A DNA stretch of 64,000 bases from Blastocystis sp. Blastoise (GCA_039096225.1 JBBPEB010000032.1:248001-312000); one strand, 5' to 3'. Counted from the stretch's first letter, positions 24,143-38,055 are shown. Numbers and translations are program-made. Notes: a model not told the origin generated them from the letters alone.

Positions 24143-26057
24143 TGAATATTATAAATACTTTTTCTTATTTCGAATTTGTTCTTGTCTTTCTCTCACATCA
24201 TCAAACTTACTTTCATACTAGGGAATATAGAATATAGAATGTATACTTATTATCACAATAAGAACAATATACATAATTATTATAATAAACAGAATAACAA
24301 TCAATATTATTATGATGTTTATTATATACTTATGATAATCATAAATATATACCTCTTCTTCATCAATTCCTAATACTTTCTCAAAATAATCAAATAATCG
24401 CGGGAATCGCTCTCGTCTTCTTCTCATTTTTGCTTCATATGAAAACTGTTTTCTAAATAAATATACATATCAATAATATACAAATTCTAAAAAAGAGGAA
24501 TTCAAATAGTAAAATAACCGTGGTAATTATTTGTATACCTATGTAATTCCTTGAGTTTCTCGGTTTCTCCACTTCGTTCATATAATTTTTCTTTCCTCAT
24601 CATATCATGATATATGCGATTGATATATAACTATACAATATATAGGTTTATACTAATAATTAGTTTTAAATTAGAATAAAATTATATATATATATATATA
24701 TATACTTCTGTGGACCAGTCGTAGAGCATATGAATTAAAGAAATAATCGCGGGAATAATGGTTTTATCCTAAAAATGAATTTATAAAAAACAAAAAATAA
24801 ATACAATTCGGAGTAATGGCACGTGCTTTTCATGTTTGAGCATGTGATATGCATGACCTGAGGGGATTCCAGTGATACCACTTATATATACACAAAAATC
24901 TTTTCTCATTTCACTTGATTCTGCAATAAACACGGGAATATATACCTTTAAATGAAGAAGATATATATATATATATATAGAGAAATATAGGATAGAATAA
25001 TCTATAATAAATTAATAAAAATTATATTTATGATAAAATTCTATAGAATAATAATAAAACTATATGATAAAATAACATACAATACATATATAACAATAGA
25101 AATAAGAATAGTGAAAACATTTATTTATTAATATATAAATATCTTTATACTCTTTTTGTAATAACATTTGTATATGAATATTGTAAATTGTTTAAAATAG
25201 ATTTTTTATTATTGTTATTCAATGTAACAGCTAATTTTGCTTTTTCCTATCATTAAAAATATAATAAAAAAATTATGGAAATGAAATATTAATAGTTTAA
25301 TAATACACAATTAATAATATATAATATATAATATATAATATATAATATATAATATATAATATATAATATATAATATATAATATATAATATATAATATATA
25401 ATATATAGTATATATAATATATAATATATAATATATAATATATATACTTCTTCTTCTACAGCTGTTTGTACAATTTTCCATGCTGTGCTTCTGTACATGC
25501 TCCAAGGATCAACTTCATCTACATCATCCATCATCTCTGAACTAAAGGTAGTTATATCGATTAAACGACTCTTCATCTTGTCTAACTATATATATATATA
25601 TAAATATATACTAATCATTCAAAAACAAAAACAAAAACAAAAAATGTATAACTTAACTTACATATCGTCTGTTATATTCAGATCCAGCATATATCTGACA
25701 CATAGAACGTTTATTTTTATCAATATCATTATAAGATGTTGCTACAGTTGTATTGTCAAATTTTGTATATACATCAAATGAGAAACAGTAAAAAGGTAAA
25801 TAAGCTTTACGTATTTGAGCATTTAATGATGTAATATTTGAATTCTTTGATAGCCAATATGCCAAAGATTCTTGAGCACGGTCATCATCAACTGCAAAAT
25901 ACATACACTTCACATCACCTGTTGTACTGGATGCATAACGAAAAAAAGATGATTGAATCAATGGAAAGTTGTTAGATCCTGTTTTTCTATACAAAGCAGA
26001 AGATACTCTAGAAGAGTAAAGTAATGATTTATATAATAATTGCTTTGTAGCAAACAT
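23688..26057 (-). CDS. C-terminal J-domain (DnaJ) protein with predicted mitochondrial presequence, about 10 exons
   Basis: YYDRLDVPITATTDDIKRAFQREIKKYHPDF...IIEAYFTLRDRERRKEYD; N-terminus MFATKQLLYKSLLYSSRVSS; all junctions GT-AG and in frame. Confidence 0.82.
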
Positions 26058-26181
26058 ATGTATGACGAACAAAGCAAAAAATGATAATATAAAATAATGC
26101 AAAGAACTGATGCTGAACTGAAACTTATTTATTTTTAACTGACTGGTTTTCGCTGAAAATTGCTGGAAGTTGGGGTGTGCC

Positions 26182-26322
26182 CAGGGTTCGCCAAACTGTA
26201 CTTTGAGTCAAATCTGTACTCCAAGAGAGTCTTTATCTACGCCTTTTGCGTCTAAAAGTATCCATAAAAATTGGCTCTTTTAGGAAATTTGTACTCCAAG
26301 AGAGTCTTCGTGGCGAACCCTG
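26182..26322. mobile_element. Putative MITE / non-autonomous DNA transposon (hAT-like ends)
   Basis: Perfect 12-bp TIR CAGGGTTCGCCA...TGGCGAACCCTG; internal 19-bp direct repeat TGTACTCCAAGAGAGTCTT; GC above background; TSD degenerate at best. Confidence 0.7.
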
Positions 26323-27329
26323 CTGTGTGTCGTATATACCTAGATAATATCAGTTTTGAGACACATTTTTATATCAAGACAATTCTCTGTGAATAAATTG
26401 TTTTAGATATTAAATCAACTTGGTTCTCATTATGCATTGGGTGATGATAGATTCGATGAATGACTAAGGTCATCCTAGAGAAATATTAAAATGTCAATGA
26501 CAAAAATATTTTGAATCATTACTTGAAGGTTATTCTAAACTACTATACATATAGTTTACATAAGTTTAGAATACAGGAATTATATTTATATAGAAAGAGT
26601 GAAGAGAAAAAAGTGATTTACATAAGTGATAAGTTATTTGATTCAATTAATATTAAAACAGTTTGTATCTGCATTGCTGAAATTAATTTTAAATTGTTAA
26701 CGATAATGCACATAAAGTTAATGTCAATGGATCATAGAAAAGTGAAGAAATCAACAAAAACAAAACAAAAATAAGACACTATAGAATTATAAAGAAAAAT
26801 AAAATAATTTTCAAGCCACAGATGACTACATAGAACACTAAACTAAAGAAATCTATTCTAATATATATATGCATATATATATAAACAATAATAATCATGA
26901 TAAAGAAATCAAAGAGAAATGCAATTGAATAACACAAATTGATAGTAATGAAAGCAGTATTTATTATAAATTATTTATCATATTAATATCTAATATATAT
27001 ACATATAAAGAAGTAAGAAAAAATACAGATGAAAAACAAAAAATATATATATATATATAATATATATATATATATAGTATATTGAATACTAAATCTTCAA
27101 AAATATTTATGGAATAAAAAATAACTATATCTATAAACTATGAGAAAAAGAAATAAAAAGAAATTATATGAATATATATATATATAAATCTATATAATTA
27201 TAGATGGAAATATAAATATTATATATATATTTTGTAAATAAAAGTAAAGTTAACACGAGTTTTCACAACAATACATAATATATATATATAAGAGAAATAT
27301 ATATATGTATATATATATAAATATATATA

Positions 27330-29238
27330 TTAATCACAGAAATAGACAACAGATTTATCTTTATGATTGTGTTTCAATTCCGTTAAGAACTGTTTATATA
27401 AAGAGGTCTGTTTGAAGTTAGGATCATTATAATGAGAATACCATTCACGCTTTATTTGGTTCCTATATATATATATATAGGTAAAGAATTATTTGTTTTT
27501 ATATAATAGATATATATATAATAAATATAATAAATATAATAAATAATAAATATAATATATATAATAAATATAATAAATATATAATAAATATAATAAATAT
27601 AATAAATATAATAAATATAATAAATATAATAAATATAATAAATATAATAAATATATATATATACATATCATTTGGCATTTCTATAATAAATCCATGATTA
27701 AGAATACTAAATGTATACCCAGTATAACGAAGATACTCTATATATTGGATATGATTATAACCGAAATCGACGAATCGCTCGTCAAAAAGGGGCATTGAAA
27801 CGGTCTTCTTCATAAATATATATCTATATAATAAATATATTAAAATATAATATAAGATAATAAATGAAAATAATATGATTCTATACAAGTATTATATATA
27901 TATATATATGGTTCTTGAATATGATTTTTAAAACATTCAAATTGTGAGTATTTTGATTCTTTGTTGAAATCAAAAAACCATTCTTCATAATGATATAACT
28001 ATATATATATATATTGTAACTTTTTATATTCATTTAATATCTACTATATTTATATATAAAATATTCATATAAAATTAAAATAGATAGTTATATATATATA
28101 TATATAAATGTGTATTAGCTTGATAATGAATAGGAAGACAATCATAAGTATCTATACAATCGACTAACTCCTTCTTATCCTTAGGATATGAATTGGATAT
28201 TCTATATATATATATATATAGAATTATTAAAAAATTAAAATATATATAATAATAATTTATATTATAAAACTTATATATAGAATTATTAAAAAATTAAAAT
28301 ATAATAATAATAAAGCTATCCTATAACTTATTATATATATATACGAATTCAATACAGATTCTTTATTAGAAAATTGTTTTCTATATTTATATTCAAAGGC
28401 AGGAACAACAATAACATTCTTTGAATTATTTAATAGAGATGAAGGAAGAGATAATAAAGATTGATCTAAATCCACTATATATATGTATATAAAGTGAAAA
28501 TCCAATAAACATCATCATATATAATAATTTCAAAAAAAAAACTCTGATAAAAACTATAAAAAAAAGTATATAATATTAAAAAATACCTGAAGGAAGCATG
28601 TCAATATCAAGAATGAGCATATATTTGGTTGTAACAGCTTTTATTGATATATTTCTTAATTTATTAATTGGATATATAGCATTATTGTCTTTCTTCACGG
28701 GAATGAATGTAACTTGAGATGAAAAATGATGATTTTGTTTGAATTTCTGTAAAGCTAATACTCCATTGGAATCAATCAAAACAGATATGATAATAGGTCT
28801 ATGGATTATTAACAAAATAGAATCATGAAACAAAATAGATATATGATATAGGTCATATTTAAAGGAAGAAAATCACAGTATATATATTCTAGATCAATAT
28901 GTAATAAATAAAAAACATACCCAGACCAACGTTCTATCATGTAAGGTAAATACACAAGATAATCAACACTATAAGAATAAGTGAATCACTAAGATATGTT
29001 AAATCAAGATACCTGCAATGTGTAACAATTGTTATTTCATTTTGAGGAGAAGTCAAATTTGAATGTGTATTCATGTTTGAATCCCTAAGATGCCTAGATT
29101 TCGTATTTGAAGATTCTAAAGAAGAAGGCATTGAATTACCAGTTACCATGAATACAAAACTAGCAGATATAAAGATAAGAAAGAAGTATTAAATAGAATA
29201 TACGAAAGGAATAAAAGTGTAAGAATATGATTATTCAT
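27330..29238 (-). CDS. Glycosyltransferase family 49 (LARGE/B4GAT1-like), 9 exons
   Basis: [44 protein letters not shown]; two donors are non-GT (see findings). Confidence 0.85.
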
Positions 29239-30007
29239 CTTTAAATTATGATACGAATAAAAGGAATATATATGATAAAGGAATGATTATTTGTAGAAAC
29301 AATTCACCAACTACGAAATGTCCACAAATTTTGTAAACATCTGTTTTATTGTGTTTTTCGTAATCAAGAAAAGTTTAATATACTCTCATTCTCATGTTAA
29401 GCATTCACTTTATATGAATAATTTATATCTGAATCGATATAGATATAGATATCGTATTCGTTTTGAATACGTTAGACATTCATCAACATTAATTTGAATT
29501 TTATTCATGAATTATGCTTTTGAAATAGTTAAAAACAGTAGTATATAATATCAGAACTCGATTCGATTCAGAAATAATAATTTATTTTTAATGTTAAAAA
29601 AGTTAATTGTCCTCCTATGTGAGTCAATAATGTATTTGAGTATAATTCATTCATTTTTCGTTATAACAAATGAATATATAAAAAATATAACTCGTAAAAA
29701 AATATAAAAATGAGTTTGACACATCATATTCCAACAGTATATATATATGATAATGTAGTTAAAGGAAATACAAGATAGAAATATTAATAATTAATTGATA
29801 ATATAAAGCAGGAGTTAATGAGATTTAAAAAAAATATATTTAGAAATATATTTATAATAATTAGAGTAATAAGAATTTAATTTCCAAGGAAAAAGTACAG
29901 ATTGTCTTTGAGTTTTATTATCAATCTTTTTTTTACTGTTTTATGAATAGAAAGTGAGTTTTATTTATAATAAAAATAATTTTTATTATTGATTATCTTT
30001 TATTAAG

Positions 30008-31523
30008 ATGAATAAGGACGATATTGAAGTTTTTGAGACTTTTCCTGAAATTGAGAGTAAACCCGTTCAAGTTCCTGGAGATATAGTGGATTCAAGTATT
30101 ATATCTGAATCTCAGACAAAAACGGATGGTTACAAGACACTACTTCAGAATAATGTTCAAAATTCTGGCCGATATGAAGGTTATGGTGAAACAACTGATT
30201 TATATGCAAAGTTCTTACATATAAAGAAGGATTTTGATACTCTTAGTCAACAATTAAAGAAATATACAAAGCCTGTAAGTAGTAATTTATTTTATGAACT
30301 TGCCTTTATAAATTTAATGCTTTTGAATATAATATATATACTATTTAATTCTTTAGTGTGATGATCGTATCAATAATCCAAGTCAAGTTATTGATTTCGT
30401 AGAGAAATATAATAATAATTTAATGAATAATAGTAGTATTCATGAACTTCATGTATATATTAATATATTCTTTTTTATTCTTATCATTATTTTTTATTCT
30501 TATCATTATTTTTTATTCTTATCATTATATTTATTCTTATCATTATTTTTGAATATCATAATATATTATATTATATATATAGGATATTGATGTTTTAAAT
30601 CATGATATTCATTTAGCTAAAGCAAGTGATAAACAATGTATATAAATATGATTTATAACTATATATGATATAACTATATATAATAATATACTATATATGA
30701 TATTATAACTATATATGATATTATAACTATATATGATATTATAACTATATATAATAATATACTATATATAATAATATACTATATATAATAATATACTATA
30801 TATAACTATATATATAGCTAATATTCAATATACAATGTTTTCATCTCCTACTCTATCTGTTGAACCTTCTAAATTCTTGAAATTACAAGAACAAGTATTA
30901 CGAATGAAAGACATATTAACTATTCTTCAATCTACCTTTGGTAAACAAACAGATATAGAAGAGAGTATTGTTACAATGGAAAAGAAAATAGAATTATTAG
31001 ATGAATTTAATTTAAAAAATCTTAGAAACTTATTAGTTGTATATATATTAATATTTTTTTTTAATTATTTATTTATTGATTATTATATATATATATTTAA
31101 AATTTTATATATATTATAAAGTAATATATATATTTTTTACACATTCTTTTTTTCTCTATATATATATTTTAGGTATTAAACCGTGAGATTCCTTTATCCA
31201 ATACATTCTTAGCTCAGAACTTTGGATTTACAGATGATGAACAAGTTATTTTACAATATACACAGGATAAATTAATGAAATTAAATACTTTTGTAGAAGA
31301 CGTTACTATACTTGTCAATACTATTAAGAATGAAGAAAAGAAATATAAACAAGTTGCTTCTATCTCTGAAAGACTTCATAATCTTATAGTTAAACAAGAA
31401 ACACTTATGGCTGATATGAAACGAGATCAACTTGCTCTTCATAAAGTCGATCAATCTTTAGATCAAACTCTTCAAACAATGGAACAAAATATCATTGTTA
31501 TTAAACAACGTCTTGGAAAGTAA
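30008..31523 (+). CDS. Probable dynactin subunit 2 (dynamitin/p50), 5 exons
   Basis: N-terminal EVFET motif, ET...KF..IK helix and C-terminal coiled coil LDQTLQTMEQNIIVIKQRL resemble dynamitin; four GT-AG introns in frame. Confidence 0.55.
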
Positions 31524-31788
31524 ATTAAAAATATATTATTTTCTTTTATTTCTCTTTTTATATATATATCTATAATTTTGTTATTGTTGTTGACAATATA
31601 GAATCGTCTACAAAAATATATATATATATAGAATTAATAATAGACTACTTAATAAAAAAAAAAAACACAACTCTATGAAAATAGAATATCTGGTAGTTTC
31701 ATTGTAACATAACTTAAAATAAAATCAACCATGACATACTTTAGTTACCTGCAATAACTCGAGTTGTTCATAGATAAGAATATTTTTT

Positions 31789-32327
31789 TTAGTTCTTTCT
31801 ACGATAAGAACAATCGCCTTGGAAAGCAACCTTACCTCCGGTAGGATGGCAAAGAACTTGAGAACAACCATATATATGAATGATCATTAATAAATTTTTA
31901 TGACTAGTAAATAATAATTCAAATATAGAGTATATCAATAAATCAACGAACTCAAAAAAAAAATATCATTGTATATAATAAAAAAATAAGGAAATTTACA
32001 AAAAAGTATTTCATATTTATATAAATTGATAATAAAAAATATACCCTTGGCACATAATGACAGATTGAGCATGGCTGAAAACAGTAGTAATAAAAAAGAA
32101 GAAATAGAAAAAAAATAATTGAGAAAAAAAATTAATGGAGTAACAGTTACGGCACTTAACATCCATGAAATAGCTGTTAGGAGCTTGAACAAGACGCTTC
32201 AGCTTGTGTTTTCTGTTTTCTTCAGAAGCATTAGGATTACGAAGATCACTGACCAATACGAACAAGAAAATAAGCATATCATCCCAAAATATGAACTAAT
32301 ATATAAAAATAGTCATAAACATACCAT
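31789..32327 (-). CDS. RPS27: 40S ribosomal protein S27 (eS27), 4 exons
   Basis: [31 protein letters not shown]...[11 protein letters not shown]...CSYRRKN; splice junctions are non-canonical in this sequence. Confidence 0.95.
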
Positions 32328-34003
32328 TTTTGTTTGTGTTAATACAAAACTATTGCAGGAAAATAATATAATATTCTTGACCTGTTTTCAACATCAACCA
32401 CACATAAAAAGAAAGAATAAATAACAAAAAAAGAATTTTTTTTATTGGCTGATTTTTGGTCGAAATGAATATGTCAAGAGAATTATTACATGCTATTGGA
32501 TCAAATTTTAAAAACCATCTCAAATTGACAAAAATATATTTATCACTATTGATTTGTCAAAAATAGTTTTTATTCTAGAAATTTGACATTTATTTTTCTT
32601 GTTTTTTCTTTTTAAATATTTTATGTATCATAAATAGAAAAATAGTCTTTATTGTACTCTTATTTTGATTGGTTTACCAAATACATACATAATATTGTTT
32701 TTATAATAAAAAAGAACAAATTATGTTTTTTGTTAATCATTTTTATTCATCTTATTCTTTTTAATTTGCGTTTACTATTGAGAATGAATGAGAAACAGTA
32801 AAAGAAAAGTAAAAACATAAAACTTTTATATACTTTGAAATTATTATCAGCTATTTTTTTATTTCTGAAGAATTTGGTTAAAGAATTGAATACTCAGATT
32901 TCGTTATTATCTGATTATTATCAAATTAAATTATAATAATTCTGATTCTTCTAATTATGACAATTTCTTTTTGAATTTTATGATTGTAAAAATATCGTCT
33001 TTGACAATTTTATATAGGACGTAATCAACAGTAGAATATGAATGCATACAAGTAATTCTCTACTCTTTATATATTTGATTTGAGCAGAAAAATTGGAAAA
33101 GGTAAGTCACAAAATAAAAACTGATGCTATTAAATATAAATTTCATGTAAAAAAAAATAATGTCAGCAAAATAGTCTAGAATTTTAGGTTTCTTTGTAAT
33201 AGAATACAAATAACAAAATTTATACTATGTACATTATAATCAGTTCAATGTAAACAGTATTAACAAACCTTATGCTTATTTCAAGGTATTTTCAAAACAC
33301 AATACGGTATTCGGTTATAAACAAAAGGTTCAAAGTGATACAATCCTAATAAGCACTATGCTATAGTTAATAAACGCTATAAATTGACTACCTAAAATGA
33401 AATAAAAATCTGAAGATAAGCCAAAACACAAATTAGTAGAACAATAAAAAAAGAAGCAAAAGAATGTTAATATGTTCCCTTCTAAAGTAGTCCATAAATC
33501 TCGTTCATTCAATGAATCTTTCAATGCTGTCAAAGAAAGCCAATGAAAAAAGAGTCTGTGATGACACAACCATTTCGATTTTGGGATGTCAAAAAAATAT
33601 TCGTGATTATATGCAAGAAATAAGTGGAGAAAGATATATTTCCACAAATCTCATGTTTTCTCACGTTGGAATTTCTTTGTTGATTACTTCGAGTAATGCC
33701 GATACGATCTCGAAACTTCGAAACGAGATATAAGTTGAAGAACAGGTTTTAGAAACTGTAGTGTTTAGTATTCTTTGCGTACAGTGATCAACTTTTTATT
33801 ATAAAAATCATACAACATTTCTGTCAAACAATCTTTTTTACAATTATTTATAAAATAAACAGAGGAATTAGGGCATCAAGATCTGGTATAGAGATAATTT
33901 CCAATTTCAACTTTTTTGCATATACCTTTGTTTTAGAGTTTTAGGTACATTGTATGTTTGTGTTTTTATTGTTAGCATTCTATTATTGATATAGTACGCA
34001 AAG

Positions 34004-34129
34004 ATGGCTCCCAAAGACGATTTTGATTTTGATGATGATGAGGAAGTCGAAGAAGTCGAAGAAGTAGAAGAAGTAGAAGAAGAAGAAGAGGAAGAAGAAG
34101 AAGTTGAAGAAGAAGAAGTTGAAGAAGTT

Positions 34130-34160
<31 letters not shown>

Positions 34161-35418
34161 TAGAAGAAGTTGAGGAAGAAGAAGAAGAAGAGGAAGCTCC
34201 TAAAGAAATCACTGAAGGTAATGGTTTCAATGCTGATGATGATGACTATTATGATGAAGATATTAAGGAAGATGTCTGGAAAAATGGTCCTAAAAAAGTT
34301 TCTAAGGTAAACATCATTTAATATTATGATATAAAAAAGTTAATGGGTTGTTTACTTTTATATATCGATAATTTTTTTTTGCTTTTTAATCGTGTTCATT
34401 TCATTATTTATATTTGTTAATTATATTCTAAATTATATCTATATATATAGGAAATTGATCCTGATAAATGTTATCAACACAGTTTCAGAAAAGAAGGTGT
34501 CGGCAAATTCTTCAAGAAGTATTTATTTTTTTAATTTTTTTTTATAATATTATTTTTAAATTCAATATTTTAAAATTATTTTATTATAATTTAAAAATAT
34601 ATATCTAAATTGAATAATTATTAAATGAATAGTATCATAAATGTTTTTATTTTTTTTTTTAAATATTATTATCTATTAATATAATGTATACATCATATTT
34701 ATAAACGAATAAATGTTTAATAATAAATATTAATTATATTCATTAATTATATATATATATATATATTTATAGAAGACTAAGCTGAAAGTCACTTGGGAAG
34801 TTGTTATTGAAGGAGAAGAACATACTATTGCTGTTTATCACAGTCAATTATCTGGTAAGAAGGTTGTTTTATTAGATGGTGATGTAGAGTATGAAGATGA
34901 TGCTATCTTTGATTCTGGTTTAGATTTCACTTTCCCTTTTAAGATTGAAGGTAGATCTGTTACTATTTTAGTTACTGATGCTCTTGGTGATGGTAAAATC
35001 GGTTGGGAATATGATCTTCTTATTGATGATGTACCTCTTAAGGAATTAGAAGATGCTAGGTATATATTGTGATTTATATACTCTTATTATTTTAATGCTT
35101 TTTTATTATGTTACTTTATAATTATTATTTTATAATTATTTTTTTATAATTATTATTTTATAATTATTATTTTTTATAATTATTATTTTATAATTATTAT
35201 TTTTATAATTATTATTTTTTATAATTATTATTTTTTATAATTATTATTTTTTTATAATTATTATTTTTTATAATTTTTTTTATAATTATTTTTTTTTTAT
35301 AATTATTTTAATTATATAATAATTATCATTTCCTTAAATATATTATATACATACATATGTATATAGATCCATGAAGACTGGAGGTGCTGTTGGTGATGAT
35401 TCTGAATTATTTGATTAA
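34004..35418 (+). CDS. Acidic (poly-Glu) protein with FAIM1-like beta-sandwich domain, 4 exons
   Basis: VTWEVVIEGEEHTIAVYHSQLSGKKVVLLDG...WEYDLLIDD matches the FAIM pattern W....H.I...H...SGK.....DG; E-rich N-terminus. Confidence 0.7.
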
Positions 35419-36551
35419 AAAAAACACATTTATTATATTTCTTTTTTCTTTTTAGGTTAGTCTTCTGTTCTCCTCTATTTGACAGCGTGATACTATTTAT
35501 TTTATGTTCATCATTGTATAGTTTTTCATTTGACGCCTTTAAACTTTTAATTGAATTACATTCATAATAATATCAATACTCTCTTCCAATTTAAATGTTT
35601 TTTTTTCTTGGTTCACCAATTTTTCATTGTTTAGAGTATCAATATTTTTAATATGTTAATGCTATTTTTGTTTAATAGAAAAGAGTATATCTGTTTTTAA
35701 CAATAATGATTTTATACAAAATATGAAGTGACATACAATGAAAGAAACTTTTTCTTTATCTATTATAACTTTGATTTAAGTGTATTATTTATTATCATAA
35801 CTTAATTTTATTATTTTTATCATTCTATGAAACTATTTAATGAAATGGATAGTTTTTGTTTGGTTATATATATATATATTTCGTAATAGTCTGAATATAC
35901 TATTATAATATACTATTATAATATACTATTTTCTATTCTATTCATTACTTCTTTCTCTATATATTTACATAAGTTTGATCTAATTTTGTTTCATTAATAA
36001 CTTTGATAAATTAACTCAGAAATCTATTTAATATATACAATAAAAAGAGTAATATTACTATTTTCTCTTTTATATCTATTTCTCAAAATTCTTATATTAC
36101 TGATATATACATATTCTGATACACACAATAAGTATACACATAAAGTAACAATTTACCAGATAATGATTTTCATAATTTCTCTATATATTAAAATATATAA
36201 TATACACTGAATCATCTTTTAATCGATATATGCAACTTATACTAAATGAAATGAATGTAAAATGTAACTCATTTTTGAAACTAATTACACCATTGTATCA
36301 TTATTATTTTTCAATTATAAATCAAAAGATCAAAAACACATTGAAATTTCATCACTAATCATTTAATCATTTAATTAATTTATTTTACTTCACTTAATCG
36401 AAAAAACATTTTTGTGATTTGTTAAGGCATTCATTCCTCAATTCAGGTTTTATCTGGAAATAAAGGACTGGATTTAATCACGGGAATCTCTCAATTCATA
36501 GTGGATTTTCCAGAGATAATTTTTCAGGTCATCAAACCATGGGAAATTCTG

Positions 36552-36712
36552 GAAAATGACGGCGTAATTCACACTCAGCATAGTAGAAGGTGTTTTCTTT
36601 AGAGTATGCATAGTAGACCAGGCCAATAGGCGGGTAGCCTATTGGCCATACTATGCTGAGCATGAATTTTTTCGTCATACTATGCTGAGCATAAATTATC
36701 CCGAAAATGACC
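36552..36712. repeat. GC-rich nested inverted/direct repeat upstream of the second GT49 gene
   Basis: GGCCAATAGGC-gggta-GCCTATTGGCC core (36621-36647), GCATAGTA/TACTATGC arms, CATACTATGCTGAGCAT twice. Confidence 0.85.
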
Positions 36713-36796
36713 AAAAGCACTTCTTTTTTGTTTATCATTTATTTTTTTTTATTTTTCATTTTTGTCTTTTCCTTCTTCATTTTTTATTTGGTGAAA

Positions 36797-38019
36797 ATGG
36801 CATTTACTCAAATGAAATTCATACTCTTGACTATTGTCTCATGTGTTTTTACTATGATTATAACAACTTCAATGTTACTCAGTGTCGATAGTATATTTGA
36901 TACTAGGACTCAATCTTTCACAGTAAAAGACATACCAAAACATGTAAGATAGTCACATATATATACAATTTTAACTATCTATCTTTATTAGGCTCAATCG
37001 CTACGAAATAGTTTCTTAATTTCAAATACTGATGTATATATATTTTTTCTATATTCTATTGTCGATCTATTTAATATATATAACTTCATTATCCTTTTTT
37101 AATATATATAGGATAAGCATGGTATGTTTTATTTTGTATTCTTATTTTGTTTTAAATTAAACTAATTAGTTATAGAAACTGTGATTCAAAGTGCTCCTTT
37201 AAAGAGTATTACTATTAATCAATATACAACAGTTACAAACGATTCTGAAACAGATGAGAAAAGTGTTGACGAAGAAACAAACAATGATATAACTAAAAAT
37301 TCTGATGAAAATTCAATTCCTGTTTCGAATGATAATCACAATGATGATAATGATAAGGACGAAAATGAAAAAATAAACATAAATAATAATAATAATGAAA
37401 GTGATAATAGTAATGATAATGAAAATGATAAGAATAATGAAAATGATAAGAATGATAATAGTGATAATAATAGTGATACTAATAGTGATAATAATAGTGA
37501 TAATAATACTACTAATGATAATACTAGTGGTAATACTAGTGGTAATACTAGTGGTAATACTACTACTGATAATACTACTACTGATAATACTAATGATAAT
37601 ACTACTGATAATACTACTAATGATACTACTAATGATACTACTAATGATAATATTACTACTGATAATACTACTGATAATAATACTAGTGATAATGCTACTG
37701 ATAATAATACTAGTGATAATACTACTAATGATGCTACTACTACTGATACTACTGATAATACTACTAATGATACTACAAAAGTCGACTCTTCTTCTTCTTC
37801 TTCTTTACCTGCAGAAACCTCTAATGTTGAATCGTCACAGAAACAAAAAGAATCTATTCCAATTAAACAATTCTATCAAACCTCAGATGAAACCGATAAC
37901 CACGGGAATAACGATATTCCTAAAGAAGCTAGTTCAATAGAAAAGAATGATCCTGTTATGTCCATTACAGTTCCCCACGAAAATTCAAATTATGATGTTA
38001 CTCTTACGAGTCAAATGAC

Positions 38020-38055
<36 letters not shown>

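Noticed and set aside
26511-26774. 87-aa ORF next to the MITE, possible transposase remnant
   Set aside because: TTG start, no DDE or zinc-finger motif, composition like intergenic DNA.
33390-33790. Coding-like stretch, possible pseudogene (73-aa ORF at 33512)
   Set aside because: Interrupted by stops, with no recognisable motif or splice structure.
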